Notes: a model not told the origin generated them from the sequence alone. A DNA stretch of 64,000 nt from Gemmatimonadales bacterium (GCA_041577295.1 JBFGJG010000002.1:103039-167038), one strand, 5' to 3'. Positions 1 through 8,974 are shown, counted from the first letter of the stretch. Numbers and translations are program-made.

Positions 1-201
1 CGCATCCAGACCGTTGAGCTCCGGCATGGAAATATCCATCAGCACGACATCCGGCCGCCGCGAGCTCACGAACGACACAGCGTCCCGTCCGTTGGCAACC
101 TCCCCAATCACCTCGATATCCCCTAGATCTTCCAACAACGCACGAAACCCGGAGCGCACGAGCTCGTGGTCCTCGGCCAGGAGCACGCGGACCTTCCTCA
201 T
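1..201 (-). CDS. NarL/LuxR-family response regulator, N-terminal receiver domain only (runs off the window edge)
   Basis: Reverse translation of 201..1 reads MRKVRVLLAEDHELVRSGFRALLEDLGDIEVIGEVANGRDAVSFVSSRRPDVVLMDISMPELNGLDA, a typical receiver domain. Its ATG overlaps the stop of the upstream kinase (ATGA at 198-201). Confidence 0.8.
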   Translation of the reverse strand, partial: MRKVRVLLAEDHELVRSGFRALLEDLGDIEVIGEVANGRDAVSFVSSRRPDVVLMDISMPELNGLDA

Positions 202-1574
202 ACTGTTCGGTGCGTTTCGCGGCGTTCCAGACGGTTGGCAGCATGTAAGGGGAGGCGGGCCCGAACGGTGGTCCCCTTCGTTGGTTCCGACTCGACCGAA
301 AAGACACCACCCACATTTTGTGCGCGCTCCCGCATACCGAGTAATCCGAGTTGGCGCGCTCCTTCACGAGATTCGCCGGCGAATCCAGCACCGTCGTCTC
401 GGACCGTGAGATCCAGGATGTTATTCGACTCGTGAAGCTCGACCTCTACTATGGATGCCCACGCATGTCGCACTACGTTGGTGAGTGCCTCCTGCAGGAT
501 GCGGAAGCAGGCTGTCTCAACGTCTTTGCGGATGCGGTCGTCAAAGCGGTCGACGCTGAGTCGGAGTTCGAACCCTGCCTTCGCCGCTTGGCGCCTCGCA
601 TAGGACCCGACCGCGACGGCGAGACCCAAGTCGTCGAGCAATGCGGGGCGAAGCTCGAAGGAAAGCGTTCGAACCTGCTCGATGGCTTGGTCGATTGCAG
701 TGATGCTCTCATTGATTTCCGCCGCGTGTCCGCTGGCGGAGCCCATGTGTTGAATGGCCTCGAGATTGAGCTTAACCGCAGTCAGCGCCTGACCGATCTG
801 GTCGTGCAACTCTCTCGCAATTCGGCTTCGTTCCAACTCCTGAATCTCCAGCAGCCGCCGAGAAAGGGCTTGCTGCTGTCCACGGGTGACCCGAAGAGCA
901 TCCTCGGCATGCTTCCGCTCCACGATACGGCCGAGAAGCGTTCCAATGTGACGACCAATGTCGATGAGGTCATCGTCTGGCGGCTCCGGCTCATGACCGT
1001 AAAACTCGAGCACGGCCACGACCTCGTCTCGGACCATGATGGGAAATGCAAAGCCCGCTTGCAGTCCAATCGCTGCAGCTTGTGCCGCACGCAAGAATTC
1101 CGGGTCGGACGACAGATTAACCTTCCAGACTGGGAGCCTTCGCTCGAGCGCAAGGCCTGGGAGACCACGGCCCACCTCGAACGCCATTTCCTCCGTTGCT
1201 CTGCGAAACGATTCATACCGTGGGGGATCGGCGAGATACCACGGACCGATCGGAACCAACCGTCCCACAGAACTGCGCTCGACGACAAACACATGGCCTA
1301 CAGGCCACCCTGTGTGCCCACAGACGCCTTCCAAAGCGATCCGCAAGGCCGCGGGTACGGAGGGTGCCTCGTTGGCGGCGACTGCGACGGTCTCGAGGAG
1401 TTTTACGAAACCGTGCTGGCGTTCGAACGCCGCATGCTGGCGGATGCGGAGCGCACGCTCCTCATCAGCCTGAGCTTGGAGGCGTTGCGTGAGATCTTCG
1501 AGATCAGCGACGCGTCGTTTGAGCTGCTCGAGCTGTCCCGCTGTCTCGAGGTTCACTTTCGATCCACCGCTCAT
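198..1574 (-). CDS. Cytoplasmic sensor histidine kinase: coiled-coil, GAF, HisKA_3, HATPase_c
   Basis: 458-aa ORF. H-box ELHDQIGQALTAVKLNLE (HisKA_3 type). ATP-lid motifs RDDGAGF and GLLGMRERA. GAF-like region in the N-terminal half. No TM segment seen. Translationally coupled to the NarL-type regulator. Confidence 0.85.
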   Translation of the reverse strand: MSGGSKVNLETAGQLEQLKRRVADLEDLTQRLQAQADEERALRIRQHAAFERQHGFVKLLETVAVAANEAPSVPAALRIALEGVCGHTGWPVGHVFVVERSSVGRLVPIGPWYLADPPRYESFRRATEEMAFEVGRGLPGLALERRLPVWKVNLSSDPEFLRAAQAAAIGLQAGFAFPIMVRDEVVAVLEFYGHEPEPPDDDLIDIGRHIGTLLGRIVERKHAEDALRVTRGQQQALSRRLLEIQELERSRIARELHDQIGQALTAVKLNLEAIQHMGSASGHAAEINESITAIDQAIEQVRTLSFELRPALLDDLGLAVAVGSYARRQAAKAGFELRLSVDRFDDRIRKDVETACFRILQEALTNVVRHAWASIVEVELHESNNILDLTVRDDGAGFAGESREGARQLGLLGMRERAQNVGGVFSVESEPTKGTTVRARLPLHAANRLERRETHRTV

Positions 1575-1769
1575 GAAACGTCACCCGGCGGGGCAAAGGC
1601 ATGGTTGCCACGCAAGAACGGTCACATGCGACCGGTCATCTGCAGTAGATTAGCGACGACCCCGCGTGGCTCACAACTCTCCAACACGGAAAGCTGGGCG
1701 TGATTGCCTCGTCGACGCGGTCTACGCGCACTGATCAGGCTGGCCGGGCTCTCGCGCCTAACCCTGACC

Positions 1770-2894
1770 TCACTCCGTGACCAGGCGTTGCGCGATGGCT
1801 CCCGCATCGTCTCGAGAACCGTGGAGAGCACTGTTCACCATGATCAGCTCCCCGACGTTCTCCAAGGTCAGCAGGCCGACCAGCATCCCTTGTCTCACGA
1901 CGGGGAGCGCCGAGCACTTGCCCTGACGCATTCGCGCCAGCGCACGCTCGAGCGATTCGTCTTCCCGCAGTACTTCGCAGTTGGGCCGCATCACGCGATC
2001 GACCCCGGTCTCCCGGCCGTGGCTCTTCAGGGCGCCCACCAACTCGCTCCGCATGAGCATGCCGGTCACCCGCCCCCGGTCGACCACTGGAAAATCCTGT
2101 TGGGAGCCCGCTAGCAACTCGTCGATCGCCTCTGCGAGCGTGCTGGTGGGCGTGAGCGCGCGAAATCGCGTCATCATGGCGTCGCCAACGGTCACCCCGC
2201 TGACGGCCGAGCGAAGCTGAACCTGTTGCGACTCGGCTTGGGCACCCAAAAAGACGAAGATGGCAATGAGCAGAAGAATTGGGTTTCCACCGAGCAAGCC
2301 AAAAAGACCGAACGCAATCGCCATGAATTGGCCGATGCCTGCGGCAATCTGCGTCGACCGTACATAGTCCAACTTCATTGCCAGGAGGGCTCGGAGGATG
2401 CGCCCGCCGTCCATGGGGAATGCGGGGAGCAAGTTGAAGCCAACAATCAGGATATTGAGCCAGGCAAGTTGCACGAGGAGGTTACCGCCGACCCTGGCGA
2501 GCGAGGTGATCGGACCCATCGCATCGGCAAGGACCAGCACAACGATCAGAACCCCGGCAATCACCACATTGACCGCGGGGCCGGCCACGGCAACCAGGAA
2601 CTCCTCGCTCGGCTTGTCCGGCATGCGCTCGAGCCTTGCCACCCCTCCAATTGGCAGGAGTGTAATGTCCCTCGTGCCCACGCCGAAGCGCTGCGCCGTC
2701 AGTGCGTGCCCGAGCTCATGCAGCACAACGCAGGTGAAGAGCGTTAGTACGAGTGCAATACCCAAAAGGACTTGCCGGACGTCAGCGCCGCTTCGGACGT
2801 GCATGAAGACGACCCAGCCGATCAAGATCAAGAATGTCCAGTGTACCTGGATAAGGATTCCCGAGACCCTACCCAGCTTCCACGACCAGTTCAT
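1770..2894 (-). CDS. M50 (site-2 protease family) zinc metalloprotease with a C-terminal CBS pair
   Basis: HEXXH in a TM helix (VLHELGHALTA). Second M50 motif NLLPAFPMDGGR. Multiple TM segments. C-terminal roughly 130 aa looks like a CBS pair (VTVGDAMMTRF...PVVDRGRVTGML...ALPVV). Confidence 0.85.
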   Translation of the reverse strand: MNWSWKLGRVSGILIQVHWTFLILIGWVVFMHVRSGADVRQVLLGIALVLTLFTCVVLHELGHALTAQRFGVGTRDITLLPIGGVARLERMPDKPSEEFLVAVAGPAVNVVIAGVLIVVLVLADAMGPITSLARVGGNLLVQLAWLNILIVGFNLLPAFPMDGGRILRALLAMKLDYVRSTQIAAGIGQFMAIAFGLFGLLGGNPILLLIAIFVFLGAQAESQQVQLRSAVSGVTVGDAMMTRFRALTPTSTLAEAIDELLAGSQQDFPVVDRGRVTGMLMRSELVGALKSHGRETGVDRVMRPNCEVLREDESLERALARMRQGKCSALPVVRQGMLVGLLTLENVGELIMVNSALHGSRDDAGAIAQRLVTE

Positions 2895-2996
2895 GCACGT
2901 CTCCCGGCCAAACCTTCGACAGCGCCTCGATATCAGACAAGCGCCTCTACAACGCCTCTATAAAGGTAGCGACGCTACGGGAACGTGAGAACGAAA

Positions 2997-3024
2997 CAGC
3001 CTCCGGGTGGGAAACCGGAGGCTG
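2997..3024 (-). terminator. Rho-independent-type terminator downstream of hsp20
   Basis: CAGCCTCCGG-tgggaaa-CCGGAGGCTG, a 10-bp perfect stem. On the minus strand it is followed by TTTCGTTCT. It lies 28 nt after the hsp20 stop. Confidence 0.5.
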
Positions 3025-3051
3025 CGTCCGCGCGCTCGGTCTAGCAGCCGC

Positions 3052-3492
3052 TCAATTGATCGTGACGCGGCTCTTGACGGCGGGTTCGGCCTTGGGGAGC
3101 CGTAGGGTGAGGATACCATCCTGGTAGGTCGCCAGGATCTTATCCGGATCTACGACTTTGGGGAGCCGCAGCGACCGGACGAACTTACCCTCCTCCCGTT
3201 CGCGCCAGATGTACTCCTCCGTCTCATGCTCCTTGCGGAATTCTCGCTTTCCGGAAACGGTGAGTACGTTTTGCTCGAGGGTCACATCCAAGTTTTCCTT
3301 GTGAACACCTGGCGCTTCGAGACGAACCACGAACTCCTTATCTGTCTCGGAGCAAGCGAGTGCCGGTGCCCATTCGGTCTCCACCAATGGAACCTCGAAC
3401 CGGCTAAACGGGAACTCGAAGAACCGGTCCAGCAGCTTGTCGAACTCCTGCCGCATGCGCGGAATGGGCGGTGCCGCTTTGGTGAGTTTCAC
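3052..3492 (-). CDS. Hsp20/alpha-crystallin small heat-shock protein
   Basis: Alpha-crystallin domain (WAPALACSETDKEFVVRLEAPGVHKENLDVTLEQNVLTVSGKRE...GKFVRSLRLP...A.YQDGILTLRLPK). I moved the start to GTG 3492 because AGGAGG lies 6 nt upstream. The tracked ORF start at 3576 adds an implausible Trp-rich leader. Confidence 0.85.
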   Translation of the reverse strand: MKLTKAAPPIPRMRQEFDKLLDRFFEFPFSRFEVPLVETEWAPALACSETDKEFVVRLEAPGVHKENLDVTLEQNVLTVSGKREFRKEHETEEYIWREREEGKFVRSLRLPKVVDPDKILATYQDGILTLRLPKAEPAVKSRVTIN

Positions 3493-3682
3493 ACGCCACC
3501 TCCTGCTGACATTGACCCTTTTTAGTGTATACCTCGTCCAGTGAAGCCACACTGAAACCCAGTTGAACCATCCCAACCAGCGTTAAGACTTCATTAAGGC
3601 TCCCTTCACTTGCCGCTCACTCCTTTCCGAGTACCGTCCACCCGCGATTGTGAACCGCGTCCAAGTCGCGGGAGGTAGTTTG

Positions 3683-4609
3683 ATGTCCGGAACCGAATGG
3701 AAGCCGGTTGTTGTTGGAGTCGACGTGTCTCCCGAAAGTGCGGGGGCAGCGGCGCTGGGGTGCAAAATCGCGGCGGCCGCGGGGACGACGTGTCATTTGG
3801 TTCACGGAACGCGGGCGGTCACCGCCATTCCTGTATCTCCTCCGCCGCTACCGGTCGATCCCGTTGCACTGACCAAACAGTTGACAGAGGCGGCCGGGCG
3901 AAAGGTCAAACAAGCGCTCGGGGGACATGCGCCGGCAGCGGCTCTCGAGAGTCTAGAGGTGCGACTCGGCAACGGGGCTTGGGCCCTGCGGCATTCGATT
4001 GAGGATCACGACGCCGGGCTCGTGGTCCTGGGCGGCAAGCACCACGCACCCCCCGCACGATGGCTGGGTGGCAGTACCGCCCATCACGCGGTCCGGATGA
4101 TCGACATTCCGCTTTTGATTAGTTGGTCTCCCCGGCAGACCATACGGCGGGTATTGGTGGCGGTAGATCTTTCCTATGCCGCGGCGCCGACCTTGGAGAC
4201 GGCAGTGCGCTACGCAGCGCTGTTTGACGCTGAGTTGCGCGCGCTCCATGTCGTAGAGGATCTCCCGTTCAGCGACGAGCTGCGGTTACCATTAGACCAT
4301 GACGCGTACCATGAGTTGTCGGCTGAACACTTCGACCGTATCATGGACGCACAATCACCCTCGCAGCGTACAGAGCGGGTCGTACGACCGGGCGAACCCG
4401 CTCGAGTGATCGCCGAGGAGAGCGCTCTCTACGATGCCGACCTGGTCGTGGTTGGCTCACATGGGAAGGGGTGGGTAGACCGACTCATGATCGGCAGCAC
4501 GACCGAGCGGCTGCTCAATCACCTCCCGACGTCGCTGTTGGTGGTCCAGGTCCGGGCCACAGAAGGCGATACCACTGCGTTGACGCTCGAGGCCGCTGCA
4601 AGCGCTTGA
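3683..4609 (+). CDS. Tandem universal stress protein (two UspA domains)
   Basis: Two USP repeats. The second carries the ATP-binding motif GSHGKGWVDRLMIGSTTERLL. Start set at ATG 3683, preceded by GGGAGG. Confidence 0.8.
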   Translation: MSGTEWKPVVVGVDVSPESAGAAALGCKIAAAAGTTCHLVHGTRAVTAIPVSPPPLPVDPVALTKQLTEAAGRKVKQALGGHAPAAALESLEVRLGNGAWALRHSIEDHDAGLVVLGGKHHAPPARWLGGSTAHHAVRMIDIPLLISWSPRQTIRRVLVAVDLSYAAAPTLETAVRYAALFDAELRALHVVEDLPFSDELRLPLDHDAYHELSAEHFDRIMDAQSPSQRTERVVRPGEPARVIAEESALYDADLVVVGSHGKGWVDRLMIGSTTERLLNHLPTSLLVVQVRATEGDTTALTLEAAASA

Positions 4610-4642
4610 TTCCATCGGGCAACAACCCAAACCGAGGTCCGT

Positions 4643-5044
4643 ATGAAAGTCGCCGAATTGATGCAAACCGATCTCAAGACCGCCTCCGATGACACCCTGG
4701 TGGGCGAGGCGGTGATCACGCTGTCGGACGCGCATGTGTCCGCACTGCCGGTCATCGATCGACGACAACGCTTAGTCGGCGTCCTTTCTACGACCGATAT
4801 CCTGCAAGCCGAAGCGGAGTGTGCCACACCCGAGGAGCGCGAGCGTCTGTTCCAAGAGACGACGGTCCGGGACATAATGACGCCCAAGCCTCAGACGGTG
4901 GAACCGGACGACGACGTCAAAGAAGTCGCACAACGCATGTTGTATCTCGAGGTCCACCGCCTCTTCGTGGTGTACGATGACGAGCTGGTGGGTGTCATCT
5001 CGCAGAGTGACATCGTCCGGGCAGTTGCCACGGCGAAGATCTGA
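4643..5044 (+). CDS. Stand-alone CBS-pair domain protein
   Basis: 133 aa made of two CBS repeats (VAELMQTDLKT...ALPVIDRRQRLVGVLSTTDIL and VRDIMTPKPQTV...HRLFVVYDDELVGVISQSDIV). Confidence 0.8.
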   Translation: MKVAELMQTDLKTASDDTLVGEAVITLSDAHVSALPVIDRRQRLVGVLSTTDILQAEAECATPEERERLFQETTVRDIMTPKPQTVEPDDDVKEVAQRMLYLEVHRLFVVYDDELVGVISQSDIVRAVATAKI

Positions 5045-5085
5045 TTGTCTATTAGTCCGATCAGGTTCCGACAAACGGAACGCCC

Positions 5086-5226
5086 ATGACGGATCCACAA
5101 CGTGACACTGGGGGACACCCGAGAGGCACGCTGGCAATCATCGCGTTGTACGGCGCGATCTTCGTGCTCGGGTGGCTCGGCTTCTTCTTCTTCGTGTTCT
5201 TGCCGCGCGGCGCCGTGACGCCGTAG
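5086..5226 (+). CDS. cbaD: Single-TM mini-protein resembling ba3 oxidase subunit IIa (not in the ORF track, 46 aa)
   Basis: ATG 5086 to TAG 5226 reads MTDPQRDTGGHPRGTLAIIALYGAIFVLGWLGFFFFVFLPRGAVTP. It has one hydrophobic helix ending in an RG-type motif. It sits directly upstream of subunit II, as does the 34-aa subunit IIa of the Thermus ba3 oxidase. Confidence 0.5.
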   Translation: MTDPQRDTGGHPRGTLAIIALYGAIFVLGWLGFFFFVFLPRGAVTP

Positions 5227-5233
5227 ACAACGA

Positions 5234-5710
5234 ATGCACGTCGATCTCTACGAGAAGATTTGGATGTGGGCCGCTGGCGTCATCATCGCCGTTTTCCTCG
5301 GCGCCATCGTGTTTTCCACGGTCTCCCAAGGTCGGATCCCGCCCAGCCATGTCGAGACCATCGACCCACAGGCCGTGTGGACAGACGAGCGGTTTGTTGA
5401 CCGGTCCGTTCGCACGCTCGCAGACGGAAGCGTGGAGGTCCGGATCATTGCGCTGATGTTCGCGTTTCAGCCGAGCGAGATCCGAGTTCCGGCCGGTCGT
5501 AAGGTCACCTTCCGCATCACCTCCAGCGATGTCGTGCATGGTTTTCAGATTGTTGGCACGAACGGGAATACCATGGTCGTCCCTGGATACGTCAGCCAGT
5601 TCTCGACAACGTTCGATTCGCCTGGAGAGTATTTGATCGTTTGCAATGAGTACTGCGGGCTCGGCCACCACGGCATGTTTGGAAAGCTCATTGTCGAGGG
5701 GACGCCTTGA
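5234..5710 (+). CDS. cbaB: Cytochrome c oxidase subunit II, ba3/B-family type (single TM plus cupredoxin CuA domain)
   Basis: CuA ligand motif HGFQI...CNEYCGLGHHGM. Short (158 aa) with one N-terminal TM helix. Its stop overlaps the subunit I start. Confidence 0.85.
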   Translation: MHVDLYEKIWMWAAGVIIAVFLGAIVFSTVSQGRIPPSHVETIDPQAVWTDERFVDRSVRTLADGSVEVRIIALMFAFQPSEIRVPAGRKVTFRITSSDVVHGFQIVGTNGNTMVVPGYVSQFSTTFDSPGEYLIVCNEYCGLGHHGMFGKLIVEGTP

Positions 5711-7329
5711 TCTATAACCGCCCGCTCGCCACCGCGAATATCGGTGTGGGGATCGCTGCGTTTGGCGTTGCCACGTTCATGGCATTCATGCAGGCTTTGT
5801 CGCGCGCCAACCTGGATCTGCCCTGGCGTACCGCAAAGATGTACTACCTATCCGTCACCGGGCACGGCGTGCTGATGGCCCTGGTGTTCACCACGTTTTT
5901 TATCATGGGCTTGGGCGTGGCGTTCACCACGCGTGCGTTGGGGCGGCCGCTCCGGTTCCCCCGTGTGGGTTGGATTTCCTTTTGGGTTGCGTTGATCGGC
6001 TCGCTCGGCGCGTTATGGGCGGTTTTTGCGGGCAAGGCGACAGTTCTCTACACGTTTTACCCTCCGCTGCAGGCGCATCCCGCCTTCTACCTCGGACTGA
6101 CGCTGCTCGTCGTGGGCTCGTGGATTTGGAGCGTGGTCATCCTCGCGACGTATGGGGCGTGGCGACGAGACAATCCGGAAACCCCGGTCCCGTTGGCCGT
6201 GCATGGAATCCTCGCAACCATTGTCGTCTGGCTCATCGCCACCGTCGGTGTCGCCGCCGAGATGCTACTCCAGTTGATCCCGTGGTCGCTCGGTCTCACC
6301 GACACGGTGGACCCGATGCTGGCACGTACCCTTTTCTGGTACTTCGGCCACCCGCTCGTCTACTTCTGGCTGATTCCCGCCTACGTCGTGTGGTACACCA
6401 TTCTTCCGAAAGTCGCCGGCGGACGACTGTTCAGCGATCCGCTCGCTCGGATGGTCTTTGTGCTGTTTATCGTGCTCTCGACCCCGGTAGGGTTCCATCA
6501 CCAGTTCATGGATCCGGGAGTCACCTCCGGCTGGAAGATGCTGCACACGTTCAACACGTTTGGGATTCTCTTTCCGAGTTTTGTGACCGCGTTCACCGTC
6601 GTAGCGTCACTGGAAGTGGCGGGTCGGCTTCGCGGCGCAGACGGCTGGTTCAATTGGCTCGGGAAGCTGCCCTGGGGGGACCCGCTGGTCTCGAGCGTCT
6701 TGCTGAGCATGTTGCTGTTCGCGATCGGTGGACTCGGAGGCGCCATCAACGCGGCCTATGGAATGAATGCCGTTGTACACAACACGGCGTGGATTCAGGG
6801 TCACTTTCATTTGACCGTCGGAACGGCGACCGCGCTCACATTCATGGGTGTGGCGTATTGGCTCGTGCCGCAACTCGTAGGCCGAGATCTGGAGCTGGGT
6901 TTGCTGGCAAAGGTGCAACCCTACCTCTGGTTTTTCGGGATGTTCCTGTTCTCCCTTGCGAATCACGCAACCGGCCTCATGGGGATGCCACGACGTGTCT
7001 ACGACGCGAGCTACGGTGGGAGTCCCGTGGCCGCGGAGTGGTCTGGACTCACACTCGTGTCGGCGGTTGGCGGGATTCTCTTGTTTGTGAGCGCTGCGTT
7101 CTTCCTTCTGGTGATGTTGGGCACGGTGCTGGCTGGCAGGCGCAACCCGCAGCCTGAACTCGAGTTCGCACAACCTCTCCAAGGTCACCCATCAAAGCGT
7201 GGCATTTGGGATCGTTTTGGTCTGTGGATCGGGATCGCTATCGTGCTCGTGGTCATCGCCTACGCATATCCAATCATCCAACACCTCCAGCTCGAACGCT
7301 TCGGCTCTCCCGGCTATCGGCTGTTCTGA
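5707..7329 (+). CDS. cbaA: Cytochrome c oxidase subunit I, B-family (ba3-type) heme-copper oxidase
   Basis: 540 aa with about 13 TM segments. Heme/CuB ligand regions are FWYFGHPLVYFWLIP, VGFHHQFMD and HNTAWIQGHFHLTVG. TTG start overlaps the subunit II stop. Confidence 0.9.
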   Translation: MIYNRPLATANIGVGIAAFGVATFMAFMQALSRANLDLPWRTAKMYYLSVTGHGVLMALVFTTFFIMGLGVAFTTRALGRPLRFPRVGWISFWVALIGSLGALWAVFAGKATVLYTFYPPLQAHPAFYLGLTLLVVGSWIWSVVILATYGAWRRDNPETPVPLAVHGILATIVVWLIATVGVAAEMLLQLIPWSLGLTDTVDPMLARTLFWYFGHPLVYFWLIPAYVVWYTILPKVAGGRLFSDPLARMVFVLFIVLSTPVGFHHQFMDPGVTSGWKMLHTFNTFGILFPSFVTAFTVVASLEVAGRLRGADGWFNWLGKLPWGDPLVSSVLLSMLLFAIGGLGGAINAAYGMNAVVHNTAWIQGHFHLTVGTATALTFMGVAYWLVPQLVGRDLELGLLAKVQPYLWFFGMFLFSLANHATGLMGMPRRVYDASYGGSPVAAEWSGLTLVSAVGGILLFVSAAFFLLVMLGTVLAGRRNPQPELEFAQPLQGHPSKRGIWDRFGLWIGIAIVLVVIAYAYPIIQHLQLERFGSPGYRLF

Positions 7330-7351
7330 GCTCCCTCTATCCCCTCTATCA

Positions 7352-8083
7352 TCACAGATACCTCTGAAACAACACCATCCCCACCATTGAGAGGCTCACC
7401 AGCAACGCAACCGTCCGGCCACGTGCCCGCTGGAAGGCCTCTGGCAGCAGTTCGACGAGCACCATGAACACCATGGCACCCGCCGCGAAGCCAATGCCGT
7501 ACGGAAGCGCCTCGCTGAATGCCTCGACAAACAAGAACGCCGGTACAGCCATGACCGGTTGCGGCAACGACGAGACGACGCTCCACCACGCGCAACCCAC
7601 GACCGATGTGCCACGCGGTCTCAGCACCGCGCTGATCGCGAGCCCCTCAGGGATGTTGTGTACGGCAATCGCGGCTGTGATCAGCACGGCGAGCGTCACC
7701 CCGCCGCCAAAGGCCACACCGATCGCAACGCCTTCCGCAAACGAGTGAGCGGTCATGACCACGACCATCAGGGCCATCTGCCGGGCTCCAGCACCCCTCG
7801 CCCGACCGAATTGCACGTCGGCGTTTCGCAGCAGGTGCTGCGTGACCAGGATGAAGGAAACACCTGCCATGGCTCCAATGACCGTTTGCACGCCCCCGTA
7901 CGTCGTCCCCTGAGCGACGAGTCCATAGCTCGCGCCAAGCATGAGTCCGGAGGCGATTGCGTTGGACGATGCGACGATGCGGCCCGATACCACTCGCACC
8001 AACGCAAAGGGAAGCGCACCGAGTCCGGTGGCCAAGGCGGTCGCGAGTCCATAGAGGAACACCACCAAGACAGACGCGCTCAC
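7352..8083 (-). CDS. ZIP-family divalent metal (Zn/Fe) transporter, ZupT-like, downstream paralog
   Basis: Multi-TM with ZIP signature AIAVHNIPEGLAIS and HSFAEGVAIG. GTG start overlaps the stop of the upstream ZIP gene (GTGA at 8080-8083). Confidence 0.8.
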   Translation of the reverse strand: MSASVLVVFLYGLATALATGLGALPFALVRVVSGRIVASSNAIASGLMLGASYGLVAQGTTYGGVQTVIGAMAGVSFILVTQHLLRNADVQFGRARGAGARQMALMVVVMTAHSFAEGVAIGVAFGGGVTLAVLITAAIAVHNIPEGLAISAVLRPRGTSVVGCAWWSVVSSLPQPVMAVPAFLFVEAFSEALPYGIGFAAGAMVFMVLVELLPEAFQRARGRTVALLVSLSMVGMVLFQRYL

Positions 8084-8802
8084 CAGCGGAGCCCACCCAA
8101 GAGAACGATGATTCCCAGACTCACGACCGTCACGAGGCCGATCGTGGTAGGCCCCGCATGACGGTAGGACTCGGGGAGCAAATCTGCCATGACGAGGTAC
8201 ACGAGGGTTCCCACCGCGAACCCCACCGCAAATGGTAGGATGCTTGGCGCAGCCTGGACGACGACAAAAACAAACACTGACAGGAAGACCTGACTGAGAT
8301 CGGTAACGACTGCGATGCCAGCCGCCTCGGGTCGTGAGTGGCCTCGCCCCGTGAAAACCGCGCCGAGCACAGCTGCTTCGGGGATGTTGTGGACCCCGAT
8401 CGCAAGTGCCACAAAGATGCCAAAGGACAAGTCGAGTGCCATGGCGACGCCGATTGCCACGCCCTCCGCGGCCGAGTGCAACGTGTTTCTCAGGAAAACC
8501 TGGTATCCGTAGGCTGGGCTACTCTCGGCGCGGTCTCCCTCCGCTGCCTCCCAGACAAGCTGAGTGAGAAACACGAATCCCACTCCCAAGGCAGCACCCA
8601 CCGCACCGCTCAATGGTTCACGATCGGCGCCGACATCCATCAAGGCATAGCCGGCACCGAGCATGAGACCGGCAGCGAGTGCGTTGGCCCAACCCAACCA
8701 CCGGGGCTGGCTTCGCCCGGGACTGAGCAATGGGAGCGCGCCCAACCCACCCATTCCGGCGGCGATGGTGGAGTAGGCGAGTACCGTGAGCGCTGGGTCC
8801 AC
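8080..8802 (-). CDS. ZIP-family divalent metal transporter, upstream paralog
   Basis: ZIP signature AIGVHNIPEAAVLG and HSAAEGVAIG. 240 aa, multi-TM. Confidence 0.8.
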   Translation of the reverse strand: MDPALTVLAYSTIAAGMGGLGALPLLSPGRSQPRWLGWANALAAGLMLGAGYALMDVGADREPLSGAVGAALGVGFVFLTQLVWEAAEGDRAESSPAYGYQVFLRNTLHSAAEGVAIGVAMALDLSFGIFVALAIGVHNIPEAAVLGAVFTGRGHSRPEAAGIAVVTDLSQVFLSVFVFVVVQAAPSILPFAVGFAVGTLVYLVMADLLPESYRHAGPTTIGLVTVVSLGIIVLLGGLRW

Positions 8803-8974
8803 GGCGGGAGCTTAGCCTGCCCGCCCCGGGAAGTCACGTCACCGGCCGCGTCTGGCACTGCGAATCATCGGGAGGTAGCTTCATTAAAGAGCCGCCGCTA
8901 CGCGGCCCGGAGCGGATTTCGGTTGTTTCGAGCAACAGACTCGGCCCCGGTCCGAACGCCCTCGGAGTATCTGC

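Noticed and set aside
351-1703. 450-aa plus-strand ORF antisense to the GAF histidine kinase
   Set aside because: The translation is low-complexity, Arg/Leu/Ser-rich and has no motifs. The opposite strand carries unmistakable kinase motifs. It is a typical long shadow ORF in GC-rich DNA.
3493-3682. A DosR-box-like palindrome in the hsp20/USP divergent promoter and other stress-gene promoters
   Set aside because: By eye I found only weak similarities: TGACCCTTTTTAGTGTA here, TGAACCTTTTTTCACACA at about 43950, and GGGACTCCC at about 38947. None matches the GGGACT-N-AGTCCC architecture. Not claimed, but flagged for computational motif discovery.
5970-7157. 395-aa ORF in an alternative plus frame inside cytochrome oxidase subunit I
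   Set aside because: Arg/Pro/Gly-rich nonsense translation. The subunit I frame has all heme/CuB histidine motifs.
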